Made by a program: the position numbers and the translations under genes
Notes under the pieces: generated by a model
Seen by the model: only the letters and a program-made list of their open reading frames with translations
Database searches by the model: none
Told to the model about the DNA's origin: nothing
In this document: one piece after another, positions 9,982 through 20,685 of the stretch
How the letters are laid out: each line of letters begins with the position of its first letter
Numbering within the stretch: position 1 is the first letter of the stretch
Assembly (NCBI GenBank): GCA_963846575.1
Contig: CAWJWJ010000002.1
Location: 896,001-960,000, forward strand
DNA from: an uncultured Nitrospiraceae bacterium
GTDB taxonomy: Bacteria > Nitrospirota > Nitrospiria > Nitrospirales > Nitrospiraceae
DNA length: 64,000 nt
Direction: 5' to 3'

Positions 9982-11589
9982 ATGTCGAACCCACACGCAC
10001 CGTTTTATCCAATTATCTATGTGCGCGGTTATGCGATGACGCCCGGAGAGATCGACGAGACGACCGCCGATCCCTTCTGCGGCTTCAACCTCGGTTCCAC
10101 CGTGTACCGCGCCGTGCCGGACAAGACCCGCCAGCCGCGCAAATACATCTTCGAATCGCCCGTCGTGCGGCTGGCCTCGGACTTCAAATATTGTGACGTC
10201 TATGAGGATGGGTACGACATCCTCGACCCCGAGTGGAGCACGGATGAGAGGAATGTGCTGACGAGCCGGTCCATCATCATCTACCGCTATTACGACGAAG
10301 CCTCGCGTCTGCTTGGATTGGGAAAGACGCCGGCCATCGAGGTGTTTTCGACCAAGCTGGGCGAGTTGATATTAAAGGTCCGCGATCTCGTCTGCGCCAA
10401 CCCCGAGAACGGCATCACGCCCAAGGATTTCCGTTGTTACCTGGTAGCCCATTCGATGGGTGGTCTGGTCTGCCGCGGCCTGTTGCAGAATCCCAAGAGC
10501 GACAAAAAGAATGCCCGGCAATACGTCGATAAGCTGTTTACCTATGCGACGCCCCATAACGGAATCGAGGTTGCGGGGGTCAATGTGCCGTCGTGGCTGA
10601 CGCTCGCCGACATGAATAATTTTGATCGCAAGAGGATGGCGAAGTACCTGGGTCTGGAAGCAGCGTACGACAAGACCGAGAGGGTCGATTGGATGCCCGA
10701 GGATCGCTTCGATCCGGCGCGGATCTTCTGCATGGTCGGTACCAACCGGATGGATTATGAAGCCGGCCTGGGCCTCTCGCGCACGTTTGCGGGTCAGGGC
10801 AGTGACGGCCTGGTGCGCATCCATAACGCGACCCTGTGCGGTCTGAAGGAAAACGGCGCGCCCGGTTCCCCCTGCGCGAAGGCCTTTGCGTATCGCGCCC
10901 ATTCGGGATTTTTCGGCATTGTGAACAGCGAAGAAGCCTATCAGAACCTGACGCGGTTTCTGTTCGGCAACGTGCGCGTCGACGTGTGGGTCGATGTGGA
11001 AGAGATCAAGCTCCCGGTCACGGTGCAGGAAGCCGTCGATAAGGGCCGGAAGGTGAACGCGCTGTACCAGTTCGAGGTGCTGGCTTCCACGCGCGGCAAA
11101 CTGTGGTTTCTCACGCGCCGGACCTCCGAGGAAGATTCTGTCGCCTGTCTCACGCACGAGGAATGGCTCGCCGCCCCCAAAAAGAACGGCTCGTTGTACG
11201 TCTCGAGCGTGTTTCTCGCCAACCGCGCGAAAGTCATCAAGGCCCGGCGGTCGCTGGCCTACAGCATGTCGCTCGGCGTGCGAGTGCCGGATTATGAAAT
11301 CGATCGCAAACTCTGGATCAATGAGCACTATGAAGGGGGCTATTTGTACCGGAATACGATCTTGATGGAGATGGTGCCGCCGGAGGCGAAGGGCGAGCGA
11401 TGGAAGGTGACCTACGCCTGGCAGAATCAGGGCAAGACCCTGCCGGACAGCGAGATCGATCCCAAGAGTCTCAGGAGCGGCAAGGTGGAGGTGGCTGTGC
11501 CGTTTGAGAGCGGCACCACGCCCGGTATCCGCGGGACGCTGCGGTTCGTCATCTCGGCATGGAATACGGATGCCGTCATGGAGGAATAA
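9982..11589 (+). CDS. Alpha/beta hydrolase (lipase/PGAP1-like) with an uncharacterised C-terminal domain
   Basis: Nucleophile elbow LVAHSMGG, TPHNG, SDGLV, AHS; AGGAGG RBS. Confidence 0.75.
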   Translation: MSNPHAPFYPIIYVRGYAMTPGEIDETTADPFCGFNLGSTVYRAVPDKTRQPRKYIFESPVVRLASDFKYCDVYEDGYDILDPEWSTDERNVLTSRSIIIYRYYDEASRLLGLGKTPAIEVFSTKLGELILKVRDLVCANPENGITPKDFRCYLVAHSMGGLVCRGLLQNPKSDKKNARQYVDKLFTYATPHNGIEVAGVNVPSWLTLADMNNFDRKRMAKYLGLEAAYDKTERVDWMPEDRFDPARIFCMVGTNRMDYEAGLGLSRTFAGQGSDGLVRIHNATLCGLKENGAPGSPCAKAFAYRAHSGFFGIVNSEEAYQNLTRFLFGNVRVDVWVDVEEIKLPVTVQEAVDKGRKVNALYQFEVLASTRGKLWFLTRRTSEEDSVACLTHEEWLAAPKKNGSLYVSSVFLANRAKVIKARRSLAYSMSLGVRVPDYEIDRKLWINEHYEGGYLYRNTILMEMVPPEAKGERWKVTYAWQNQGKTLPDSEIDPKSLRSGKVEVAVPFESGTTPGIRGTLRFVISAWNTDAVMEE

Positions 11590-11756
11590 GCTCCGGGCCG
11601 GACGGGTGCCTCAGAGTGTTGGGCCTCTCCCTGTGAACTGCGCGGGTCAACAAGGTGGATGCCAGGCTGCTCGTCTTGCTCTGTTCAAGAGCAGTCTGCT
11701 AGGGTGATGTCTTCTGCTACGAAGCAGGTCAACCCCGAGAACGGAGGAACGCTACC

Positions 11757-12191
11757 ATGGGAGAGGTCGATACAGCCCCGGAAGTTGCCGCCAAGGTCAT
11801 CGAAGATCTGACGGCGTTGGAGGTGGATCCGGCCAAATGCGAGCGTCTTTTTAAGGCCGCGCTGGTGCAGTCCCAATCGGGCACCACCTATCGCATGCTG
11901 GCCAAGGTGGCACAGACTGGAAAGGTGGATCTCGTCCACTACGGCTGTGCGCTGGATGCGGATGGGAACCCAACCACGAAATGGAAGATCAGGCGCATCC
12001 TCGAACAAAAGCCTGAGCGGTTTGACAAAGAGCTTGAGGCGATCAAGCAGGGAGTCGCGGACGATGGTGAGGTTGTGCAAGGCGCATGGGTGCATGATAT
12101 GACCGGCCTCCCGGACGTCGCCGCACAGGGCAAGAGTCTGGACGAATGGTTTCGGACTACGATCGCGGAGCTTCGCAAGAAACCGAGCTAG
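11757..12191 (+). CDS. Hypothetical protein
   Basis: GGAGGA RBS, protein-like 144-aa ORF. Confidence 0.65.
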   Translation: MGEVDTAPEVAAKVIEDLTALEVDPAKCERLFKAALVQSQSGTTYRMLAKVAQTGKVDLVHYGCALDADGNPTTKWKIRRILEQKPERFDKELEAIKQGVADDGEVVQGAWVHDMTGLPDVAAQGKSLDEWFRTTIAELRKKPS

Positions 12192-12226
12192 CCGATGCCG
12201 GGCCGCCATGGCTCCACCGGTGGCAT

Positions 12227-13519
12227 TCAAAAAATCATCGGCGGTGAGCCCGGCGGCAGGGGCGACGGGCCGGTTGCGGCCCGTGGTGAGGCGGTGATGA
12301 CGACCGTCAGCCGGCGATGGGCCTCCCGTAGCGACCGCTCAACATCCTCCGGGGTATTCCCGCGTGCCAGGAGAAATCCCAGATAGCGCGTCCCTTCCGG
12401 GAGCGGGACCAGTTCGTCACCGGGCGTTGCCGTGATCGTCAGTTCCTCGACCCCCGGCACGGCCTTCGCTTGACTCTGTCCCCGTACCTCGTGGAGCCGG
12501 CCCCCGTAGGGAATAGGAAGCATCATCACGCCCGCCGAGCGCGCTTGCCTGGTGAGAGCAGGAAGCGGCATCCGTAACGCGTGGCGGAGGATCAGCTCTT
12601 CGAGCGACATTCCGGCGGCGAAGTCCAGCGTCCTGGAGCAGCGTCCGCCGATGGCTCGCGCCGCCATCTCAATGACCCACACCCCCTCCTGATTCACCCG
12701 GAATTCGGCATGTACCGGTCCCTCCCGGAGATCGAGAGCTTCGGCTGTCCGGCCGGCACAGGTGACAATGTCCTGCTGTACGTCGGCCGCGAGACGAGAG
12801 GGAGTCACATAGATCGTCTCCTCGAAGTAGGGGCCGTCGAGCGGGTCGGGCTTGTCGAACAGCGCGAGAGGCTGGAGGACTCCGTCGGTGAGCAGGCCCT
12901 CGAGTGCAAACTCCATCCCGGGTACAAAATCTTCGACAAGCACCCAGCGGGCCTGTTCATCGGCTGCGGTCAGACCCAAGGTAGTGAGGAGCGCGCCTAT
13001 CCGACGGAACGCACGAATATATTCCTCCTCGTCATTCGCGCGAATGACCCCGCAACTGGCGGAGAGGATCAGCGGCTTCACGACGCAGGGATAACGCACC
13101 TGCCGGGCGAACGTCGTCGGATCGCCATCGAGCGGGAATACGGCATGCAGGGGGACGGCAATGCCCCGGGCCGAGAGCAACTCGCGCATCCGGCGCTTAT
13201 TGCCCGCGGCGGTCACGGACGCGATGGAGTTGTGGGGTAACCCGAGCGCCTCTGCCACGACCGCGGCGGTGACGGCGGTGGCATCGTTCACGCCGATCAC
13301 CGCATCGATCGCGTGGCGGCGGGCGAATTCCAGGGCGGTTCGTGCGGCTGCTTGCGGATGCCGGAGATCCAGCGTCAGGACATTGCCTGACAGGTCAGGC
13401 AGCGCCTCGTCAGCCTCCTCCGTCCCGATGGTCACGGCGACATCAGTGCGGCGGGCTGCCTCGAGGAATGCCTCCGCTCGATACGTTCGCGTCGGCAGGA
13501 GAAGCAGAAGTCTCGACAT
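12227..13519 (-). CDS. ATP-grasp domain protein (L-amino-acid-ligase-like)
   Basis: NKRRMRE, YPCVVKP, LVEDFVPG, HAEFR, VIEMAAR, C-terminal RYLGFLLARG. Confidence 0.85.
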   Translation of the reverse strand: MSRLLLLLPTRTYRAEAFLEAARRTDVAVTIGTEEADEALPDLSGNVLTLDLRHPQAAARTALEFARRHAIDAVIGVNDATAVTAAVVAEALGLPHNSIASVTAAGNKRRMRELLSARGIAVPLHAVFPLDGDPTTFARQVRYPCVVKPLILSASCGVIRANDEEEYIRAFRRIGALLTTLGLTAADEQARWVLVEDFVPGMEFALEGLLTDGVLQPLALFDKPDPLDGPYFEETIYVTPSRLAADVQQDIVTCAGRTAEALDLREGPVHAEFRVNQEGVWVIEMAARAIGGRCSRTLDFAAGMSLEELILRHALRMPLPALTRQARSAGVMMLPIPYGGRLHEVRGQSQAKAVPGVEELTITATPGDELVPLPEGTRYLGFLLARGNTPEDVERSLREAHRRLTVVITASPRAATGPSPLPPGSPPMIF

Positions 13520-13634
13520 CGTTCGCGACACCGGTGAATCGTGCAACGTCTCTCGTTGCGGATAAGCCTATCTGACGACTGGCCTTGAGCCGGTTCGAAA
13601 AGATCCTGCTCCGGCTCATGTCAGGAACGGCCTG

Positions 13635-14351
13635 TCACGAAGGAAGCGCGGCGGCTGCGCGGGCTTTGTGAAACGCCTCTAACTGACGATTGGCCTCGGT
13701 GATGACGCCTAATTGTTGCACCACGGCGGCCACTCTCTCGCCGGGTATCGCGTAATAGCCCTCATCATCTCCGAGTCCGGTATAGACGCGGTTGCCGATA
13801 CAACCAAAACTGGTGGCCGTCCGTCCCGACTGCAATGATTCCGGCAGCACGGCGCAGGTCGGCCGGCCCATCGTCGCGCCGCCGCCGGCCACGCCCGCGG
13901 CCTGTGCGGCTTCCGCCAGCAGCATCAGTTGCTTGACGGTCCCGCGAACCAGGACCACGTCGGGCGCGAAGCTGGCCTTGGTGAGTGGCGCATAGATGGC
14001 CACATGAAACGGTTTCTGTCGCCGCGGGATCATCGGAATATCTGCCATCGTGAGATACTGCAGGCCTACCATGGTCTGTACCAGGCCGTTCAACTCAGTC
14101 GCCACCTGCGGCGGTAGCTCCACACCGTGGGTATGGGCGCCGACCGGACAGGTATAGTGATCCGTGGCTTCCGTGTAGAAGACCTGTCCCTCTGCCGCCA
14201 ATTTCCAGTACCCGCAGCCCGCCGGCGCCGGCGTGGCGACATGCGGAATGCCGACCGGAGCGGCATCGCGAAACGCGATGGCGACGGCCGGTACCTGTAA
14301 ACCCAGAAGCTCTTGTATCTGCCTGCCTTGTGTCGTTGATTCAGCGTTCAC
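13635..14351 (-). CDS. DUF169 family protein
   Basis: Cys motifs AGC, HYTCPVG, PTCA, GCIGNR; PDVVLV. Confidence 0.75.
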   Translation of the reverse strand: MNAESTTQGRQIQELLGLQVPAVAIAFRDAAPVGIPHVATPAPAGCGYWKLAAEGQVFYTEATDHYTCPVGAHTHGVELPPQVATELNGLVQTMVGLQYLTMADIPMIPRRQKPFHVAIYAPLTKASFAPDVVLVRGTVKQLMLLAEAAQAAGVAGGGATMGRPTCAVLPESLQSGRTATSFGCIGNRVYTGLGDDEGYYAIPGERVAAVVQQLGVITEANRQLEAFHKARAAAALPS

Positions 14352-14546
14352 CGGTCGTTCCCCTCTCTCCTGTATGTGACTCCATCCGAACGTGTTTGTT
14401 CCCGCTGTGCGCAGAAGTCGCGCATGAAGCTTTGCCTGAATCCACGTCAGACCAACCGGGATCCGTTCTCCTGAGTCAGTCTGTTACTCGACTCGTGCGC
14501 CTGCCGGAAGTGGAAGCGGAGCCGGCCATCTCTGGTCGGCACGCCG

Positions 14547-16066
14547 TCATATTTCCCCATGCCCTTTCGTGACCAGCGGTCTGAATTGCCGGCTCGTCGG
14601 CTCGGCACAACAGAACCATGATTCGGTCAGGCGAGGCGGTTTCTGACGGTCAGTCTGGCGCGCGATGGTCCGGGTCGTCGGGCGTGGGGGACGGCCTGCC
14701 GTCTCCTCCGCCGCCGCCCTGATACGATGAAAGATCAACAGGGCATCATCTTCGGCTTTCGCGCCGGCCTCGACGATGGCGTTCACCGCCTGATGGAGCC
14801 GATCCATCCGCTCATCCGGGTGTGTCCATACATATTGAAATGCAGCCTGATCCAACGGCCCGAGGAACCGCCGAACATCGGAATTCGTGAGCAGCGCCGA
14901 TCCGGGCGGAATCAGCAGGCGAATACTTAATTGGACGGGGTCGGTCGCATCGATCAGGTCATGTGCCTCCAGCATATCCAGCATATGAAGGTAATCATCC
15001 AGACTGGTCCATGGGGTGAACGCCACCAGTGAGGGACGCAACGAAAGGCCGGCTTCACGCAGGATGCCGACTGTCGTGATGATGTCAGCCTCTGTGTGCC
15101 CCTTATGGAGTGTTTCCAGCACAGGGTTACTGAAGGACTCCACTGCGGAAATCACGAAGAGGCATCCGTGCGCGCTCAGCTCAGGGATCAGGGATTGCCG
15201 CTTCAGCAGGTGCTCGACCTTGGCGGTGACATCGAAGGTCAGGGACGGAAACTCCGCATGCAGTGCGCGAACGATACTCATGGAGTGGCCGGGGCCGTTG
15301 AAAAAATCAGGGTCGCCGAAGGTGATGTGCGTGGCGCCCGCTCGCACCTGGCGTCGAATATCTTCCAGGACGACGGCCTCCGGGACGAGGACGAAGCGCC
15401 CGTCATAGACCGGGACGATCGGGCAGTGGAGACAATGGTGGAGGCATCCGCGACTCGCCTCGACATAGCCGACCAACCGTTCCCTGCCGTGGTGTTCGAG
15501 CCGCGCATACCGGTCCAACATCGGCAACCCGCTCCGACTCGGTATCGGCTGTGAGGGACTCGAGGTCGTGGACTTGTAGACACGCTGCAGCGAGGGCTCG
15601 GTGATACGCCCCGGTGAACTGACTCCCTCGAGATGACCGATCGGCTGCCCGCGCTCGAGTGCCTCGATTAACGAGATCAATGGCAGGTCGTATTCGCCGC
15701 CCACCACCGAATCGGCCAGGTTTTGAAGGAGATATTCCGCATTGATGGAGGCGTACAACCCGTAAAAACAGATGTGGCTGGAGGGATTGATCTTGCGGAT
15801 CAGCTCGGCGACCCGCACCCCGAGCCGGAGCGCCGTGTGCATGGGCACCGAGATGCCGACGAACCGAGCTGTTTGAAAGGCTGATTCGTCGATGTTGTCC
15901 ACTGCGATGTCGAGGCCGACCGGGGCCCATCCCCCTGTTCGAGAAAGCCGATCGGTTGGGCGATGCCGAGGGGTTGATGGCCCAACTCGTAGCAAGAGAC
16001 GAGCATGATCGCGCCCGGTTGTCTCAGGTCCCGCCACTCTGCTGGGTTGTCCGCACTGCGTCCCAT
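14547..16066 (-). CDS. CCAEP-tail radical SAM protein (B12-binding-like N-terminus), frameshifted near 15932
   Basis: SRGCLHHCLHC (CxxxCxxC) and C-terminal WFCCAEP. The N-terminus (SCYELGHQP) lies in ORF 15800..16090 and joins by adding one base in a G5 run. Confidence 0.85.
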
Positions 16067-16242
16067 CGCACGCTCCTCCCGCTCGGTCATCGGTCACTCT
16101 AACTCACCCCCGAGAGCAGGCGCAATGTGCCGCAGGACAGCGCTGGTTGAACCGGGTCGCCCGTTCTTTCATAATGAAGACGCCGACAGCGGCAGACGAT
16201 CCATCACTCCGTTCTCCGTTGCGCATCCATTGTGGAGGGCCT

Positions 16243-16929
16243 ATGAAAATTCTTCCGCTCATCACCATTGTCATGGCGGCGGTCGTCAGTCTGAGCGTTT
16301 CCGGGTGCGCGAGCGGCCCACGCGAGAAAAAGATCGAGTTCGTCTACCTCGCGCTCGGCGCCAGTGACGCGACGGGGGTCGGGGCTACGCCATTGACGGA
16401 AGGGTACGTGTTCCTGATCAAACAGGATCTGGACCGGCGGATGGCAGGAGTCTTTCTGATTAACCTGGGGATACCGGGGGCCAGGATCGATCTGATCAAG
16501 GAGCAGGTGCGCGTGGCCGGGCAACTTGGCACCAAGGCGAATCTCGTGACGGTGTGGACCGGGGCGAACGATCTCGTGCGCGGTGACGATCCGAAGACGT
16601 TCCGTCAGGATCTGCGGTTTATTCTTCAGATGCTGCGGGACGACGTGTCGGAGAATATCGTGATCGGCAATCTTCCCGATCTCACCCGGCTTCCCCGATT
16701 CCAGCGGGCCCCCGATCCGCGTGTGACCCTGGCACGGGTCACTGCGTATAACGACGCCATTGCGCAGGAGGCGCGCGATGTCGGGGCGACAGTCGTGGAT
16801 CTCTTCACGCAGCCGGTTCGCGAAGAACTCATTTTCGATGTGGATGGGTTCCACCCCAATGATGCCGGTCATCGCGAAATCGCCCGCCTGTTCCTGCAGT
16901 CGATCCTGACCAAACTGGGGGTGAGGTAA
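16243..16929 (+). CDS. SGNH/GDSL hydrolase lipoprotein
   Basis: Lipobox VSGC; LGAS, GAND, DGFHPN. Confidence 0.85.
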   Translation: MKILPLITIVMAAVVSLSVSGCASGPREKKIEFVYLALGASDATGVGATPLTEGYVFLIKQDLDRRMAGVFLINLGIPGARIDLIKEQVRVAGQLGTKANLVTVWTGANDLVRGDDPKTFRQDLRFILQMLRDDVSENIVIGNLPDLTRLPRFQRAPDPRVTLARVTAYNDAIAQEARDVGATVVDLFTQPVREELIFDVDGFHPNDAGHREIARLFLQSILTKLGVR

Positions 16930-16936
16930 AAGAACC

Positions 16937-17251
16937 ATGGCACAGCATGCCTACAAGACGCTGGCCGAAGCCGTGGAGGGTCTCAGGCAGAGAGGCTTCG
17001 CGGCAAACTTTGAGTTACTCCATACACAGTTCAGGGCGGTCAACAGCGGCCGGACATTTACGGCCGATCAGTTGACGATCGTCGAGCATCACCGGTTCGA
17101 AGGAGCCAGCGATCCGGACGACATGTCGGTGGTGTATGCGATCGAGGCGCAGGACGGCACCCGCGGGACCATTGCCGATGCCTTTGGTCCTGAAGCCGAT
17201 CCGGAACTCGGCCGGTTTCTCAAAAGCGTAAAGATGCTCGAAGACGTCTAA
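16937..17251 (+). CDS. Conserved small hypothetical protein
   Basis: HRFEGASDPDDMSVVYAI motif; 7 bp after the SGNH gene. Confidence 0.75.
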   Translation: MAQHAYKTLAEAVEGLRQRGFAANFELLHTQFRAVNSGRTFTADQLTIVEHHRFEGASDPDDMSVVYAIEAQDGTRGTIADAFGPEADPELGRFLKSVKMLEDV

Positions 17252-17300
17252 GGCGTCAGCCGCTACTCCGGCCCTCTCCGGACCCCCGTTGTCCGGCGGG

Positions 17301-19220
17301 TCAAATCTCCAGCACCAGCCCTATCTCGACGACCTGTTCCGCCGGCAGGTTGAAATACGAACTGGCGCGCTGGGTGTTTCGAGAGAGGACCACAAACAGT
17401 TTCTCCCTCCAGATCGCCATCCCCGGTTTTGGCGTCGCCAGGAACGTGATCCGACTGAGAAAGAACGTCGTGTCCTCGACCGGAAGCATGTGGCCGTGCG
17501 CCGCGAGTTGGGTCAGGACACGTGGAATATCCGGCCGCTCCATGAATCCGCATCGCGCCACGACCTGAAACAGATTATCCCCGATCGGGGTGATCTCCAG
17601 GGGGCTGCTCGACGGGACGAACGGTACATGTTCCGTGTGGACCGTGAGCAGGTAGACCTGTTCGTGGATCGATTTATTATGTTTGACGTTTTGCAGCAGG
17701 GCCGGCGGGGTGACATCCGGATATTGCGAAAGAAAAACGGCACGTCCGGCTGTTCGGCACTCCACCTTCGACAAGACCTCCCCGACGAATCGCCGCAGGG
17801 GAGGAAACTGAATGCGCAGGTGGTCGGCCACGATCGCGCGGCCTCGAGCCCAGGTGCTCATCACGGTAAAAATAGCCGCGCCCATGAGCAACGGAAACCA
17901 TCCGCCATGCGGAATCTTTTGCGCATTCGCGAGAAAAAAGGCCAGGTCGATGAAGAGAAATCCGCCCACGGCCAGGGCCGCCACCGGAGGACTCCATCCC
18001 CAATGGGTCTGGACCACGCGGAACATGAGCAGCGTGGTGATCACCATGGAGCCGGAGACCGCGATACCATAGGCGGCCGCGAGGTTGCTCGACGATCCGA
18101 AGGAGAGAATCAAGCCAACGGTGCCGATGAACATCAACCAGTTCAGCACACCAAAATAAATCTGGCCATGTTGCGCTGCGGAGGTGTGGGTGATCCGGAG
18201 CGGCGGGAGATAACCGAGTTGGACGGCTTGTAAGGTGAGCGAGAAGGCGCCGGACAGCATGGCCTGGGAGGCGATGACCGTCGCCAGGGTCGCCAGGATG
18301 ATCAGCGGGTAGAGCATCCAGTCAGGAGCCAGGTAATAGAAGGGGTTTGCCAGGGCCGCCGGGTTTCGCATCAGAAGCGCGCCCTGACCGAAGTATTGGA
18401 GGAGTAGCGCCGGCAGGGCGACCACAAACCAGCCGAGTTGGATCGGGCGACGGCCGAAATGCCCCATGTCGGCATAGAGCGCTTCGGCGCCGGTCAACAC
18501 CAGAAAGACGCTTCCCAGCACCAGGAATCCGATTCCCGCATGGTGAGTGAGGAACTCGATTCCGTACAGGGGATTGGCGGCCAGCAACACCTCGGGAGTG
18601 TGCCACAGACTCACCAACCCCAACAGGGCCATGGTGGTGAACCACACCAGCATGATCGGACCGAAAATACTGCCGATCTGTCCGGAGCCTTTGCGCTGGA
18701 TGGTGAACAACAATGCCACCAGGGCGACGGTGATCGGCAGAATGTACGGAGTAAAGAAATCTGTGGCTAACGTGAGCCCTTCGACTGCGCTGAGCACCGA
18801 AATGGCCGGCGTGATGATACCGTCGCTGTAAAGAAAGGAGACGCCGATCAACCCGAGCGTCGCGACCAGGCCGAGTCCCTTTCGAAGGTTCGCCGGGCGG
18901 GAGCGCTGGCTGAGCGCCATGAGCGCCAGCATGCCGCCTTCGCCGTCGTTATCCGCTCTCAGGACGAACAGAAGGTATTTGACCGTCACGACGAGCACCA
19001 GCGACCAGACGATCAGGGAGAGGATGCCCAGGATATTGCCGGTGGTCACCGCCAACCCGTGTGAATCATGAAAACATTCGCGCAGGGCATACAAAGGGCT
19101 CGTGCCGATGTCGCCATACACCACTCCAAGGGCAGCGACGGCGAGTGAGACGGGTGGGGAGGGGGCACCTTGGGGTTCGAGCAGATGCTTGTCCCGGCGC
19201 AATGAGGTAGCCACGGTCAT
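17301..19220 (-). CDS. kup: Potassium uptake protein Kup
   Basis: GVVYGDIGTSPLYA, ADNDGEGG, GAEALYADMGHFG. Confidence 0.95.
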   Translation of the reverse strand: MTVATSLRRDKHLLEPQGAPSPPVSLAVAALGVVYGDIGTSPLYALRECFHDSHGLAVTTGNILGILSLIVWSLVLVVTVKYLLFVLRADNDGEGGMLALMALSQRSRPANLRKGLGLVATLGLIGVSFLYSDGIITPAISVLSAVEGLTLATDFFTPYILPITVALVALLFTIQRKGSGQIGSIFGPIMLVWFTTMALLGLVSLWHTPEVLLAANPLYGIEFLTHHAGIGFLVLGSVFLVLTGAEALYADMGHFGRRPIQLGWFVVALPALLLQYFGQGALLMRNPAALANPFYYLAPDWMLYPLIILATLATVIASQAMLSGAFSLTLQAVQLGYLPPLRITHTSAAQHGQIYFGVLNWLMFIGTVGLILSFGSSSNLAAAYGIAVSGSMVITTLLMFRVVQTHWGWSPPVAALAVGGFLFIDLAFFLANAQKIPHGGWFPLLMGAAIFTVMSTWARGRAIVADHLRIQFPPLRRFVGEVLSKVECRTAGRAVFLSQYPDVTPPALLQNVKHNKSIHEQVYLLTVHTEHVPFVPSSSPLEITPIGDNLFQVVARCGFMERPDIPRVLTQLAAHGHMLPVEDTTFFLSRITFLATPKPGMAIWREKLFVVLSRNTQRASSYFNLPAEQVVEIGLVLEI

Positions 19221-19266
19221 GGTTGTAAGGCGGCCATCACGGGAGTGATCCGATCGTCCTGCTGCG

Positions 19267-20352
19267 TCATTTAATGAGTAGGTCGCTCGGGTGGTCTTGA
19301 AATTCGTCCTGATAGATACGGAAGGTTTCCAGGAGGACGGCCAAAATAATCGGGCCGAGGAACAGCCCCAGGAGGCCGAAGGAGGCCAGCCCGCCGAGCG
19401 AGGCAAAGAAGAGAAAGAGCATCGGCAGCCGTGCCTTGTTCCCGATGAGAAACGGCTGGAGCAGATTATCCAGCAGGCCCACGAGCCCTGCCCCGACTCC
19501 GATCATAATAAAACCTTTGACGATCGACCCGGTGAAGAACAGGTAGCCCGCAACCGGAATCCAGACGAGGGCGGTACCGCCGAATGGCAGCAGGGAGAAC
19601 ATGGCAGAGATAGCGCCGAGGAAGATGGAGAATCGCACGCCGAGGGCCCAGTAGGTCAATCCGGCCACTGTGCCTTGCGCCAACGCGGTCAGCAGGGTGC
19701 CCTGCATCACCGCACTGATCGTGCCGTTCATCCGTTCGAAGATCTTCGATTTGTGGTCGGGATCCAACGGAATGGCCTTGTACAACCCGTGATACAAACG
19801 ATCGCCGTCGCGAAAGAGAAAAAACAGCGTGAAGATCATGACCAGAAAATCGGTCAGGAACAATAGCGCGTTTTTGGCGAGATCGGCGCCCTGTGACAGG
19901 AGAAACGAGCTGATGACTTTTCCGCCTTCCAACACGGATGATTCGAGTTGGCCCTTGTTGGACAGAATCAGACGGCCGAAGAGTTCCTGGCTGAAGCCGC
20001 CGATCAACGGTAATTGCGAAATAGACACACCCAATTCACGCAGCCGGCCTTCACGAAACCACTGGGTCACGGAGTCATAGGCCTGGACCCCTTGATTGAT
20101 GCCTAAGAAGATCAGGTAGAGCGCGGGTAACACCGCGATCGACATGACCATGGCCGTCATCACGGCGGCAGCGGGTTCACGTCGCTGTTTCAAGATCGCG
20201 AGAATCTTCAGGTAGAGCGGGTAGAAGGTGGCCGTCAGGATCACCGCCCATACGATCGGATAAAAAAACGGGCTGAGGATGACGCCGAGTTGCCAGATGA
20301 GAATGAGGACGATGGCGAAGAAGGTGAAGGAGAAGATCTGCTTGCGATTCAC
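19267..20352 (-). CDS. AI-2E family transporter
   Basis: Multiple TM segments, LFFLFRDG, DNLLQP, GLFLGP. Confidence 0.88.
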   Translation of the reverse strand: MNRKQIFSFTFFAIVLILIWQLGVILSPFFYPIVWAVILTATFYPLYLKILAILKQRREPAAAVMTAMVMSIAVLPALYLIFLGINQGVQAYDSVTQWFREGRLRELGVSISQLPLIGGFSQELFGRLILSNKGQLESSVLEGGKVISSFLLSQGADLAKNALLFLTDFLVMIFTLFFLFRDGDRLYHGLYKAIPLDPDHKSKIFERMNGTISAVMQGTLLTALAQGTVAGLTYWALGVRFSIFLGAISAMFSLLPFGGTALVWIPVAGYLFFTGSIVKGFIMIGVGAGLVGLLDNLLQPFLIGNKARLPMLFLFFASLGGLASFGLLGLFLGPIILAVLLETFRIYQDEFQDHPSDLLIK

Positions 20353-20685
20353 AAATCCACCAGGGTTGATAGAGACCTCAGCCGGGCACCGCGAGCGGGC
20401 GATGCCGTAGCCGGGAGCCTGTCCGCACTATACCATTTCTACTGCCTGGGTGAAGCGCTCTTCGGCGGCGGACCGTGGCACCCTCGTGGTTCCGGGCGGA
20501 AGCCGGCGTGGTTGTGCGGCCTGGAAGTTCCCGGCATCTTCTGCTAGATTCCCCGACGGCCATCGCACAAGAGGATGGTCATCACCCGGGTCCGGATATT
20601 CTATTTCACCTGACAAGAGAGCTTCCCGGGACCGGTGGATCGCCATCGGTTGCCTGTCGCTTTCGGAAAGCCTGACGCCAGCCAC

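Noticed and set aside
14547..14625. Selenocysteine in the radical SAM tail
   Set aside because: Codons are TGT TGT (CCAEP), with no in-frame TGA
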